64,000 bases of DNA from Octopus sinensis (lineage: Eukaryota): the NCBI RefSeq assembly GCF_006345805.1, contig NC_043004.1, positions 37,696,001 to 37,760,000 of the forward strand, written 5' to 3'. The notes under the pieces were generated by a model that made no database searches, had not been told where the DNA came from, and saw only the letters and a program-made list of their open reading frames with translations. The position numbers and the translations under genes are program-made. Below, piece after piece: positions 11,996-23,895 of this stretch; the first letter of the stretch is position 1, and each line of letters opens with the position of its first letter.

Positions 11996-13063
11996 AATTT
12001 ATATCTATAATGCTGCACACTGGCTATCCTTGAGGAATTTCTTCCCCATAACTCATCTTTCTATTATCCAACTTCTACTCTTTATCTTTCATTCTGCTCT
12101 TGTTCTCTCACTAACTTACCTGCACACAATCTGTCCCTGGCAAATCTCTCCTACACAGCATATCTTCCTAGCACTCCCTTCCTCCATCTCTTCACTCATT
12201 GTATTCCCCTTCCCTGCATCTCCCACTCTTGCACTCTGAAGAACTTACCTGCTCACTCACTCGAGTCTTCTCTACCATTTATATTTACCCCTTGTGACTC
12301 AAAGGTACACCTTGGCACTTTTTTGCCATTTTCTTTTTCTGTTTCTCCTCTCCATTCTCTTTTTCTAACACTGGCAGCTATGTCTGTACTTTACTGCAAA
12401 ACTCCTTTTTCTCTTCCCCTTATCATACTCTCACCTGGCACAAAGCGACCTCCCTCATTACAACTCCCATCTCAGTTGAGGGGTCTTGTCTTGCAAGGTA
12501 CTTGATAACTTCTCTGGTGCTAATGCCATGTAAAAAGCACCCTGAACACACTGTAAAGTGTTTGACATTAGGAAGGGCATTCACCCATAGAAACCAAGCC
12601 ACAGCAGATAGTAGAGCCTATCAAACAGTCCAACTCTTGCCAGACTGGAAAACAGACATTAAATTATATTAAATAATGAGACACACATACACACACACAC
12701 TCTCTCTCTCTCTCTCTAAATAAGAAAGAAAACAATGTTTCATATTTGTGGTTTTATATGCTGGAATGGCACTTCATCAGACTTGCATCAAAAGGTGTGC
12801 TCTTACATTGTACAACAGGTAAGTATTGTATGTTGCTTGTATAGGAAGTGAACAATAAGGAAAAAAATAAGAATAAAACTGGTGAAATAGCTGACAAAGA
12901 TGATAAATCAGATGGTGGAGGAGGTGGGAAAGAAGAAGAGGAAGAGGAGGGGGCAAAAACAGTGTGGTAGGATAATGATAAAAACACTACAGCACCAGCA
13001 ACAAAACAAACGCTAATCGAGTGAGAATACATGTTGAGAAAGGAAAAATAACATAAAGAAAAT

Positions 13064-13450
13064 CAGGAGTGGCTGTGTGGTATATAGCTTGTTTACCAAC
13101 CACATGGTTCCGGGTTCAGTCCCACTGCGTGGCACCTTGGGCAAGTGTCTTCTACTATAGCCTCGGGTCGACCAAAGCCTTGTGAGTAGATTTGGTAGAC
13201 GGAAACTGAAAGAATCCCGTCGTATATATGTATATATGTGTGTGTCTGTGTTTGTCCCCCTAGCATTGCTTGACAACCGATGCTGGTGTGTTTATCTCCC
13301 CATCACTTAGCGGTTCGGCAAAAGAGACCGATAGAATAAGTACTGGGCTTACAAAGAATAAGTCCTGGGGTCGAGTTGCTTGATTAAAGGCGGTGCTCCA
13401 GCATGGCCACAGTCACAATGACTGAAACAAGTAAAAAAAGAAAAAAAAAG
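13064..13450 (+). mobile_element. SINE family A, full length
   Basis: caggagtggctgtgtgg...ggttcagtcccactgcgtggcaccttgggcaag...gactgaaacaagtaaaaa. Confidence 0.9.
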
Positions 13451-13530
13451 ATACCAAAAAGGAGAATGAGGAAAGGATACAGTAACAGTATTCCTAATAA
13501 AGATACAATTAATAATAATAATAATAATAA

Positions 13531-13706
13531 CCCTTTCTACAATAGGCAGAAGGCCTGAAATTTTTTGGGGCAGTGGGGCCAGTCAATTATATTGCCCTTA
13601 GTGTTCTAATCCCAAAAGGGTATAAGGCAAAGTTGACCTTGGTGGAATTTGAACTCAGAATGTAAAGATGGACAAAATGCTACTAAGCATTTTGTCTGGC
13701 ATGCTA
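13531..13706 (-). mobile_element. SINE family B copy next to (TAA)n
   Basis: Family B blocks; (TAA)n at 13510-13530. Confidence 0.7.
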
Positions 13707-13729
13707 ACAATTTTATGATTTGGGAAAAG

Positions 13730-14543
13730 GGTATGGCCAGATAAATCATGTATTCATGGTTGATTTAAAGTTTTATATGAAAAAGGAAAAGCTACTGGAA
13801 AGTCTTGTACATACTGTTCTTTTTTTCTCTACCTCTGTTGGTGACAAAAGGCCTCTCACTCAGAGTAAAAGGTAGACTGTATGACACGTGTACAAACAGC
13901 CATGCTACATGGCAGTGAAACATGGGCTGTGACTGCTGAGGACATGTGCAAGCTCACAAGGAATGAAGCCAGTATGTTCTAATGGATGTGTAATGTCAGT
14001 GTGCATAATCGACAGAGTATAAGTACCTTGAGAGAAAAGTTGGACCTAAGAAGCATCAGATGTGGTGTGCAAGAGGGCCGACTGCGCTGGTATGGCCATG
14101 TGTCAAGAATGGATGAGGACAGCTATGTGAAAAAGTGCCACACCCTAGCAGTGCTTTTTACATGCCACTGGCATGTAAAAAGCACCATTTGAACGTGATC
14201 ATTACCTGCGTCGCTTTACTGACACTTGTGCTGGAGGCACGTGAAGAAACATTCAAACGAGGTTGTTGCCAGTGCCATTGGACTGGCTCCTGTGCAGGTT
14301 GCACATAAAAAGCACCATTTGAGCGTAGCCGTTGCCAGTACAGCCTGAATGGCCCTCGTACCGGTGGCACATAAAAGCACCCACTACACTCTCGGAGCGG
14401 TTGGCGTTAGGGAGAACATCCAGCTGTAGAAACTCTGCCAGATCAGATTGGAACCTGGTGCAGCCATCTGGTTCGCCAGACCTCAGTCAAATTGTCCAAC
14501 CCATACTAGCATGGAAAGCGGACGTTAAACGATGATGATGATG
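13730..14543 (+). mobile_element. RTE LINE 3' fragment plus tandem-subunit 3' tail
   Basis: MCNVSVH...SIRCGVQEGRLRWYGHVSRMDED; about four 60-70 bp subunits; (GAT)n end. Confidence 0.85.
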
Positions 14544-15125
14544 TAGGAATGGTATTTGGCCTTGAAAGGTGCACTAGCTTGATGAGGAAACAGGAAAGAT
14601 TTGAAAAAGCCAGGGAATTGAAAACCAAATGGGCAAAGAATGATATTAATTGAAAAAGGACAATGGCATAAGTACTTGGGAATACTGGAGGCAGATGAAA
14701 CAAAACATGAAGAGCTGAAGCAAATTATCAGTATGGAGTATACAAGAAAAGTGAGGATAATTTTACAAAGTTGAATTCAAAAAATGTTATTGAAGCAATA
14801 AATGTAAGAGCAGTATCGATAATCAGTTACGAAAATGGAATTGTAGATTGGACAAAAGGCAAAATGCAGAAACTTGACAGAGAAACTTGAAAGCTGTTGT
14901 AGCATCCAAAAGCTGCTGTTAACCAGTTGTACTTGAAGAATGGAAGAGAATGTGCTGGTGGAACAGAACAGTTTACTGATTATTTGCATATAATACAGAG
15001 AAGTTACTAAAGGCAGTGAATAAAGAACAGATGATCAAGACTGAAAAAGGAGAAAAGAACAAGAATGGAATTTGAAAAGAGCATTTTAAGTTGTTTGTTT
15101 ACAATGCTTGAACTTGAGCAGCTAT
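14544..15125 (+). mobile_element. R4/Dong-type LINE RT fragment
   Basis: GMVFGLERC...KYLGILEAD...EY.RKVR.IL...LNSKNVIEAINVRAVSII.Y..GIVDWT...LDRET, decayed. Confidence 0.75.
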
Positions 15126-15380
15126 AATAAGGTTCTCTGTTTTTTTTTGTGTGTTTTCGTTTTTTTTTTACAAATGTCCCCTTCTTCAACCAAACCCTTG
15201 ATTTTGTTCAACATACATTCTCAGTGGCTTTTCAAAACTGACCATATAAAATAATTTCAAAAAGCCACTTGATGGCTTATTTAAATCAAGTGGGTGTCTA
15301 AAATGATTTGTAGTAACCCATTGCCCTCATAAATCCTAGTAGAATAAAATCAATCCTGGGTCAAGTCGAATAGTAATAGT

Positions 15381-16369
15381 CAGTGGTGGGCACGGTTCTG
15401 CGAACAGCTAATTGGCGAAGCTTAACTTTTCGTTTAGCAGATTAGTGTTTTCGCTAACTTTGGAAGCCATTAGCGGATCAATTAGCTTCCATTAACTTTA
15501 AGTCTGCTAACAAAATTCATGTTTGTTCCTGTCTGTTGTGGACATGTCTCAAAGAAGCTGTCAGGCTTGCTGGTGGCTGACTACATGTATAAATAACAAG
15601 ATGTGATTGGTTGACACAGCAGCAACTAGCTGATCAGCATTGTGTAATTCTGCAGTTTTTAGTTCTGTTCACTTACGATGTTCTCACATTACAGACAGTC
15701 TTACAGTGTCAGCGACAGCAGTGTACATTATCAGTTTATCGTTATGGGAGGTGAAGACATTTTTGTTCAACCTGAGGATGAGGGGCCTGTTGAGGATGGC
15801 TGTGGGTCAGGCAGAGGTTGCTCAGGTTGAGAGCCAGGAGTCTCAAAATCTGTAGCCCCACCTGGATGACTACTTTGTCTTTACGTCAAGGGATAAGAGG
15901 AACACCAAAATCCTGTACTTCTGGTGCTTCGTGTGCCAGCCCAAGGAGACCACCATCAGTGGACAAGTGGCGAGCCTCTACAACTTTAAGTCACACGTCA
16001 AGAGGAAACACCTAGCACCTGCCATCCAGTTTGAGGAGAAGATCATGGCCAGCTCTTCCCCTGGGAAACACAGGCAATCTTTTGGTAGTAGACTGACGGA
16101 TGCCAGTGCCAGCAGCCATGTGCAAAGAAAGCATACTAGCCCAGCATTGGCAAGGCATTTGCCCAAATTGCTGGCACTGGGATCCATCAGTCTATGGTGG
16201 ACAGAAGGATTGTAGACTTGTTTGTCGACAACATGCTACCACTGCATGTAGGGGAGTCCCTCACCTTTGCTGACCTTCAAGATGCTGAACCCCAGCAAGA
16301 CGTTGATGTCTTGCCGCACCCTGGGTAGGATAAGCTTGGCCAGCTGGAGGAGTATCTTACAAGGTATTT
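15381..16369 (+). mobile_element. hAT transposon 5' part (TIR, BED finger, start of transposase)
   Basis: Terminus CAGTGGTGGGCA; PHLDDYF...FWCFVCQP...LYNFKSHVKRKH (BED finger); DNMLPLHV...LNP...CRTL; second copy at 52300-53165. Confidence 0.85.
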
Positions 16370-16468
16370 CATCATCATCATCTAACTGATATTTAAATCA
16401 AAACAAATTCAGTTTTAGAATATTTTAAATTTTGAATGTTCATATAAATTTTTTTTGGTTTATTGCAG

Positions 16469-16588
16469 GCTGCTCTGATAATGCAAGTGCTGCAACTAAC
16501 AGATCAGCAAATTTCTATGTTACCACCCGAACAGAGACAGAGTATTCTTATTTTAAAGGATCAAATTGCCAAAAGTGCTCAGACCTAA
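16469..16588 (+). CDS. CSTF2: CSTF2 terminal coding exon, C-terminal domain
   Basis: ttgcag|GCT; AALIMQVLQLTDQQISMLPPEQRQSILILKDQIAKSAQT* matches the CstF-64 CTD. Confidence 0.96.
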   Translation, partial: AALIMQVLQLTDQQISMLPPEQRQSILILKDQIAKSAQT

Positions 16589-16685
16589 ACAGTATGAAAA
16601 TGTCTCCAAAGGAAGGTTCTTTTCTCTCCATCTGATCAGCTAGGTGCAGTGACCAAATCTCTCTCAGACCACACTCTACTATCAG

Positions 16686-16798
16686 AATAAAAGATGGAAT
16701 GCCTTTGATTATAGATCTGTTTGATTAGGGTAAATCTTACCTTAAGTAACTACAACATATGAAAAAAAATCCTTTTTCTATTCATTTCTAAAAATAAA
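16686..16798 (+). promoter_or_regulatory. Candidate CSTF2 polyadenylation signals
   Basis: AATAAA at 16686 and 16793, with U/GU-rich sequence downstream (~16830-16910). Confidence 0.5.
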
Positions 16799-17119
16799 TA
16801 TATTTGTTATTAAAAAAACCTGTTATTTTTTCAGTTTGTCTTGTATCAACTCTGCTATCATAGGGAATTGCAAAGTCTATGATCTTACATTGTTTGTGTA
16901 TTTTGTCTACTATAATCATATCTAGTCTTACTTCAGTAATATCAGTCTTTATGGAGAAGCCTCATAAGATCATATAATTCTCATTTTCTTTCACAGCTTC
17001 TAGTTTGTGTTCATACCATTTTCCCTTTTGTTTTGAAGCCACACCTACACAGTATATTGGTGCTCATACTCTTTTTGTGCTAGTTTACTTGTCTCCTTTC
17101 CTGAAGAGTACGTCTTTCA

Positions 17120-19052
17120 ACCAATCAAGTGATACTGAGAATTAGATTTGATGAAATACAGTTTGGTTTTGTCCCAGGAAGAAGCACCACAAATACTATT
17201 TTCACAATCAAGCAACTGCAAGAGAAGTATTTAGCATGGAACAAGTTGTTGTACTTGGCATTTGTTGATCTAGAGAGTACCTCTAGAGGTACTCTGCCTT
17301 TGACAGAGTATCTCATTCTGTGATGTGATAATCTCTGAGGAAGTTAAGGGTAGACAAATGGCTTGTAAAAGTAGAACAGACCACGTATAGGAGTATTGTT
17401 AGTAAAGTAAGAGTTAGTCATGAGTAGTGACGAATTTAGTGTACAGGTAGCTATTCACCAAGGCTCAATCCTCAACCCCCTCCTACTCATCATTATTCTC
17501 CAGGCCATAAGAGAGAAATTTAAGACTGGAAGCCCATGGGAGCTACTATATGCTGATGATCTTGCTCTCATAGCAGAATCTGTAACAGAATTAGAAAAGA
17601 AATTCCAGATGTAGAAATAAAATATGGAATCAAAGATCTTAAAGTTAACATAGCAAAGACCAAGGTCCTAGTAGGCAAGAAATCAGAGAGTACTCTTCTT
17701 CCCACTTCATGTAAATGGCCCTGCTCAGTATGTAGGCAGAAATCTCATTTGGTGTGCCCAGAGTAAGTTATGGATACAAGAGGTGCAATAGAATAGTAGG
17801 AAGCTTAACAGAGAAAGTTATGTTTGTATGTGGAAAATGTACAGAAGCCATAAAGACTATAAAATACATAGGGAAACTGATTTCCTCAAATGTCCCAGAG
17901 GCTCTCTAGAAGTAGTAGATAATTTCTGTTACCTAGGTGACCTAATTAGCAGTGGAGGAGGATGTACTGAAAATAATTGCTAGAATAAGAATAGGATGGA
18001 AAGAATTCAGAGAGCTTTTGCCTCTGTTGGCAACCAAAGGTCTTTCTCTCTCCAAGTGAAAGGAAGATTGTATGATGCATGTATATGAAGTGCAATGCTA
18101 CACTGCAGAAGACATGCAAAGGCTGGAGAGAAGTGAAACTGGTATACTTTGCTAGATGTGTAATGTCAGTGAACATGTGTATCAGAGCATTAGTATATTG
18201 AAAGAAAAGTTAGGTATATGAGGGATTATATGCAAATCAAAATCGAAATCGATCAACATCAATGGAAATTGTAGCTGTGATACCAGTGCCGGTGGCACGT
18301 AAGAGAACCATCCGAACGTGGCCGTTGCCAGCACCGCCCCAACTGGCCTCCGTGCCGGTGGCCACGTAAAAAGCACCATCCAATTGTGGCCGTTCCCAGC
18401 CTCATCTGGCACCAGTGCAGGTGGCACGTAAAAAGCACCCACTACACTCACAGAGTGGTTGGCGTTAGGAAAGGCATCCAGCTGTAGAAACACTGCTGGA
18501 ACAGACTGGGCCTGGCGCAGCCTACTGGCTTCCCAGACCCCAGTTGAACCGTCCAACCCATGCTAGCATGGAAAACGGACATTAAACGATGATGATGTTG
18601 ATGATATGCAATGTACAAGAGGGGAAACTGCACTGGTTTGGTTATGTCATGTGAATGAGTGAGGAAAGTTGCATAAAGTGGGGCGAAGTTATGGAAGGAG
18701 GGGCAGGAAAACATGGGCTGAAGAACTGAAGGCCAATCTCAAATGCTGAGCCTTAAGAAGGAGATGACAGAGGACCGAGATATGTGGCACACTGTTGTAC
18801 TCAAGGAGAACCACCCACCACAACAGAACTGATATCCTAAAACCAAGATACCATGTAAAAAGCTCTAGTGCTGGTGCCACATAAAATGTACCCAGCATGC
18901 TCTGTAAAGTGGTTGGCATTAGGAAGGGCATCCAGCTGTAGAAACCAAGCCAAAACAGACTATGGAACCTGGTGTTGCCCCTGGTCTTGCTAGCTCCTAT
19001 CAAGCTGCCCAAGCCATACAGGCATGGAAAACATAAGTTAAATGATGATGAT
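17120..19052 (+). mobile_element. Degenerate RTE LINE with nested 3'-tail insertion
   Basis: QFGFVPGRSTT..IF...QEKY; HQGSILNPLL; LYADD. Nested insert 18236-18603 is flanked by ATATGCAA. Confidence 0.9.
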
Positions 19053-19190
19053 ATATATGAATATCAACAGATATTTAGACAATAATCTTGTCAAACACCA
19101 TAGTGGTGTGTGTTTGTGTGTGTATGCATGCATGTATATATGTATGTGTGTGTTTGTGTATATGCATGCACATATATATATATATATCTA

Positions 19191-19400
19191 TATGAGGTTG
19201 TGCTGAAAAGCTTCTGATTTTAAGGGTATCATGAAAGTCCTGGTTGGAAGCTCAACGTTCTGGGTTCTTTTACAGGACTTAGAAAAACTGAAGTGCTGCA
19301 ATAAGTGTGTGAACCTGAGAGGGGATTATGATGAATAGAATCATAATTAACTGATCCTCTGTATTTTCGTTTACCCAAAGCCAGGAATTTTTCAGCACTC
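19191..19400 (-). mobile_element. Mariner-type MITE
   Basis: Inverted homolog of 31931-32157; terminus TATGAGGTTGTGCTGAAAAG. Confidence 0.75.
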
Positions 19401-19989
19401 TTTGTGTGTGTGTGTGTGTGTGCGCGTTATCATCAACCATTTCACATCCATTTTAACAGTGAAACTTCTGACTTCAAGCAATCCAATAAAAAACATTACA
19501 GTTGACAGTGCATTCCACATGGCAGCATTTAGAGCTAATCTGCATGAAAGAATTTTCATTTGTTCTTTCAAAACCTCAGGAAAAATGAACTGTACAATTT
19601 GTTCCTTCCTTCCTCTTTCAATAGAAGTAAACCGATATCTTCAGTTATACTTTGTTATTCAGTTAACTGACTGTTTAGTCTGGGCAATGCTAGTTATTTT
19701 GGCTAGTTTGTTATATCATAGATTCATATAAGGGAAATAAAAGATGTACGTAATCCCAAAAGTATCAAAGGATTCGTGAATTTCACCAATTCTTATCCTT
19801 TTAAATGATAATATAAATTAACACAAAATTGAATGTATCACCACCCTCTTACAAGCACCAACAGAGAACATTATCTTGTACTACATTTCATTCTAAACAT
19901 AATTATTACAAACAACAAAGCACATACATCTTAGATATTATAGAAACTAACATAAAAATTACAGCTCTTCAATACTCATTTCTTCTTGG

Positions 19990-20280
19990 AATCTCACATA
20001 ACATCATCAAATGGTTTTTTTTTAAACCATCAGCACATCTCAAACAATGGAAGCATATTACCACATACTCAATTATTTATTTACAATGATATGGATTTAA
20101 TACCAAGTAAACCAGTGACCATCAAACACTGCCCTCTCTCTCTCAGCACAGGTTTTCAAAGAGGAGATTATGAAAGCCATCAACACTGCCAAAAACAACA
20201 AATCACCAAGAGTGAACAGATTCAGCAATGAAATCCTAAATGCTACAAGAAAAGCAGTCATACAGTAGTTGTTAAATAGT
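19990..20280 (+). mobile_element. Highly decayed LINE fragment
   Basis: EEIMKAINTAKNNKSPRVNRFSNEIL resembles the K-S-P-G-x-D motif preceding LINE RT. Confidence 0.5.
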
Positions 20281-20624
20281 TGAAATAGAATCTCTGAAAT
20301 AATTCTACAAGAATGAGAAAATAAGGTAGTTATGTACACAAACGTAACAAGTCTGTATGAATGAATTAGAGAGGTGTGATTCTATTGTCAATACCATGCA
20401 AAGTATACTGTCAAATATTCCTGAGCTACATTTTGTCTTGGACAATGGACATAAGAAAAAATAAGAACAGTAATAAACAAGTGAAAAACAAATGTATAGT
20501 GTGTGTTTATTTGGTAAAAAAACAAAATAATTACCATCCCAAAATATAGCTATCTGTTTCAACACATAAATGTATAAATGTAACTTCTCAATAATATTTT
20601 CTTTTATATATGTATTTGTTTAAC

Positions 20625-20820
20625 ATCATGACTTTTGAATGAAAATCATTTTCTCCAAATTTCACATCTATAAGGTCTTACTCCTTTGTTTTTCTGGTCA
20701 TTACTTTTACAAAAGAGTTTCTCACACTTTACACATATGAGACTTCTCTGCAATATGTATTCTGTTGTGCTTTGTTAAAATAATGCATAAAATAAAAGTC
20801 TTCAACAATAGTAGAGGTTT
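20625..20820 (-). pseudogene. Decayed additional zinc-finger codons downstream of the ZNF stop
   Basis: Minus strand reads LTKHNRIHIAEKSHMCKV (20777-20724) and RPYRCEIWRK*FSFKSH (~20678-20628), with stops and frameshifts. Confidence 0.7.
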
Positions 20821-22158
20821 CTACCATTGTGATAACATTTGAGGATTATGACACAGTTTTTCTGCAGTGTGTCTCCGTTTGTGTCTTGTTAAATCTCTAT
20901 TATTGGCAAAAGACTTCTCACATATTTTACATTGATAGGGTTTTTCCCCTGTGTGAATTCGCTTGTGTTTTGTTAAATCACCGTGAGACACAAAAGATTT
21001 CTCACATAATTCACAACAATAAGGTTTCTCTCCAGTATGACTACGTATGTGGATAACAAGACTTGAATGCTGAGTGAAAGACTTGCCACAGATTTCACAG
21101 TAACAGGATTTTTCTCCCGTGTGGATTTTACTGTGTCTTGTTAAATCCCCGTTATCTACAAAAGCTTTCCCGCATATATCACAGCCATACGGTTTTTCCC
21201 CTGTGTGACTACGAATATGAATCAAAAGTTTAGAATTCTCAATGAAAGCTTTTCCGCATATTTCACAACGATATGGTTTTTCTCCTGAGTGAATTCTCCT
21301 GTGTCTGTTCAAATCACTGTTTGAAACAAAAGATTTTTCACATATCTCACAGCGATATGGTTTTTCTCCACTGTGTCTCCGTTTGTGAACTACAAGACTA
21401 GAATTAACAGAGAATGACTTCCCACACGTTTCACAGTGAAACAGTTTTTCCCCAGTGTGACTACGTATGTGGATAACAAGACTCAAATTATCAGTAAAAG
21501 ATTTCCCACATATGTCACAATCAAACAGTTTTTCGCCTATGTGTATTTTCCTGTGTCTGTTTAAATCATTGATATTGATAAAATATTTCCCACATATTTC
21601 ACAGTGATACAATTTTTCTCCAGTGTGACCACGTTTGTGAAGAACAAGATTCGAGTTTTCAATGAAAGATTTCCCACATACTTCACAGAGAAATGAACTC
21701 CCTCCAGCATGTATTTTTTTGTGTCTGGTTAAATTACTATCAGAAACAAATGATTTCGCACATATATCGCAACTATATGGTTTTTCTCCAGTGTGACTAC
21801 GTATGTGGATAACAAGATCAGAATTATTAATGAAAGGTTTCCCACAGATTTCACAGTGATAGGGTTTTCCTCCAGTGTGTGTCTTTTGGTGTTTTGTTAA
21901 AACACTGTTAGATATAAAAGACTTGCCACAAATATCACAATGGCAAGGGTTTTCTCTATTATGTATTTCTTTGTGAGTGAACAATTCATGTTCTGAAAAG
22001 AACGTTTTCTTACAAATCTCACAGCAATATTCAGGAATATTTCTGTTTACTAATGTTTCACTTGCTAAAGGTTTCTCACCACTGAATGTCTGTGTAATTG
22101 AGTCTACATTGTTAAATACAGTTATGTTAGAAGTGACCAACTCACTAATTTCCTCCAT
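20821..22158 (-). CDS. C2H2 zinc-finger protein, 14 tandem fingers, 445 aa
   Basis: Uninterrupted ORF with 14 C-x2-C-x12-H-x3-H units and TGEKP-type linkers. An acceptor (ttgcag, AG at 22197-22196) precedes it and the frame is open back to it. Confidence 0.95.
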   Translation of the reverse strand: MEEISELVTSNITVFNNVDSITQTFSGEKPLASETLVNRNIPEYCCEICKKTFFSEHELFTHKEIHNRENPCHCDICGKSFISNSVLTKHQKTHTGGKPYHCEICGKPFINNSDLVIHIRSHTGEKPYSCDICAKSFVSDSNLTRHKKIHAGGSSFLCEVCGKSFIENSNLVLHKRGHTGEKLYHCEICGKYFININDLNRHRKIHIGEKLFDCDICGKSFTDNLSLVIHIRSHTGEKLFHCETCGKSFSVNSSLVVHKRRHSGEKPYRCEICEKSFVSNSDLNRHRRIHSGEKPYRCEICGKAFIENSKLLIHIRSHTGEKPYGCDICGKAFVDNGDLTRHSKIHTGEKSCYCEICGKSFTQHSSLVIHIRSHTGEKPYCCELCEKSFVSHGDLTKHKRIHTGEKPYQCKICEKSFANNRDLTRHKRRHTAEKLCHNPQMLSQW

Positions 22159-22842
22159 ATTAATTCTTGAAGAATTCTTAGAAACTGAGAAATGTCTGCA
22201 ACTATATATTATGGCTCAGTTTCATGTCTTGGATACCATAGTCCTCCACGTACATGTGTGAAAATATACAATGTAAAGATACTGTTTACTCACCACTAGA
22301 ACATTTGTTACTAACTGGGTCTTCTCCCAGTAACTCACATATTGTTGTAGACAAAACACTTCTATTTCTAGGTTAATAAATGTTGATATGGTTAATGTAT
22401 GTTATACAGGCTAGACATAGAGTTCATGGCTAGTAGCAGACTTTCTGGTGGAATCTGTGTCCTTCTACAAGTTGTAATGGTTCACTATGAGCACAACTGT
22501 AAAGTGAGAAAAGATATGACAATATAAGACAAAGAAAATATGAGGTATGTGTGTATATCATCATCATCATCATTTAGCATCCGCTTTCCATGCTAGCATG
22601 GGTTGGACGGTTCAACTGGGGTCTGGGAAGCCAGAAGGCTGCACCAGGCCATATATTATGTCATATGTAAACATACAGAGCTGTGGCATACGTGCTCATG
22701 TCAATATTTGCATCTATGTTTGTATATTGCTAACATCAGTTGAATCTGAGAAACTTACTTTTCATTTCATAATTAGCCCAACCAAATATGTCTAACTTTC
22801 ACTGTGTTTAATATATTTCTACTTGTACTTTATATATATACT

Positions 22843-23620
22843 AGCCTAAGGTAACCCGCTCTACGTGTAGGTAAGAGTGTGGTTGTTACTTTCTGTTGCT
22901 TCCTTTCTGTTTTTTTATCACCACATTCTCCCTCTTTGTTTCTCTCTCACCTTCCCACTCTCCCTTTCTCTCGGACTCTCCCTCACTTTCTCTTACTCTC
23001 TATCTATCTCTCTCCCATTTATAAACAACAAAAGATCTTGAGTAAGTTTAGAAAGAAAATATTTTGAAAGATCAATCATAAATATCAGGCAGTGACAACA
23101 GAAAGGTCTGCTTCAAGGCAGACAGCAAAACACTAACATTTAAAAGGGACAGATGAACTTGCGAGCTGAATAAAAATAAAAAAATATTGGAAACCAAAGT
23201 TTGAAGAGATAGAATCTGATGATAGTAGAGTCACCATGGCTGGCATTTTTTAACAACAGACAGCAACGTAGTGGCAGTTTAACGGCTGGCGTAAAATTTT
23301 GAACTTGATGTAAAAGAAAATTCCTAAACACCAAGTTTTGAAGTGATTCTTTTTCACGACAGTAGATTCACCATGGCAAGCATTCAAAACTTCTTCATCA
23401 TGGATGGCAACACATTGAAGATTTAAAGGCTGGCGAAAATTTTTTAGCTTGATGTAACAGAGAATTCCTAAACACCTGCTCCTGTAAATTTTAATCCCCT
23501 TCCAGCCCTATTTAGACCCCTTTTCACATTTTGGTTAATATAACCTGATTTCATTCGGGTCTACTCGTGCCACATTTTATAAGATGAGGAATTTTGTCCT
23601 CGAGGTCACGCCTTTCATTT
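22843..23620 (+). mobile_element. Putative non-autonomous Helitron/Helentron-like element with internal tandem duplication
   Basis: Starts T|ACTAGC..ACCCG; two ~130-bp units (agtaga.tcaccatggc...ggctggcg.aaa...attcctaaacacc) at ~23225 and ~23360. The family call is tentative. Confidence 0.4.
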
Positions 23621-23895
23621 GAGGTAAAGTGGAATCACAGGAAGGTTAACAGAGAAAGTAGTGTTTGTATGTGGAAGATGAGCAATAAATACTAAGGACA
23701 CACGGGAAATAGATTTTCTTGAATACTCTGGAGGTAACAAATAGTTTCAGTCACCTAGGTGGCCTAATTAGTAGTGGAGGAGGATTAGCTGTAAGTATAG
23801 AATAAGAAGAGGATAGCAAAAGTTGAGTGAGTTATTACCTATATTGGTAAAAAAATCTCTCAGAGTGAAAGGCAGATTGTATGATGCTTTGTGCA
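23621..23895 (+). mobile_element. RTE fragment
   Basis: Homologous to 11330-11620 and 17800-18080. Confidence 0.6.
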
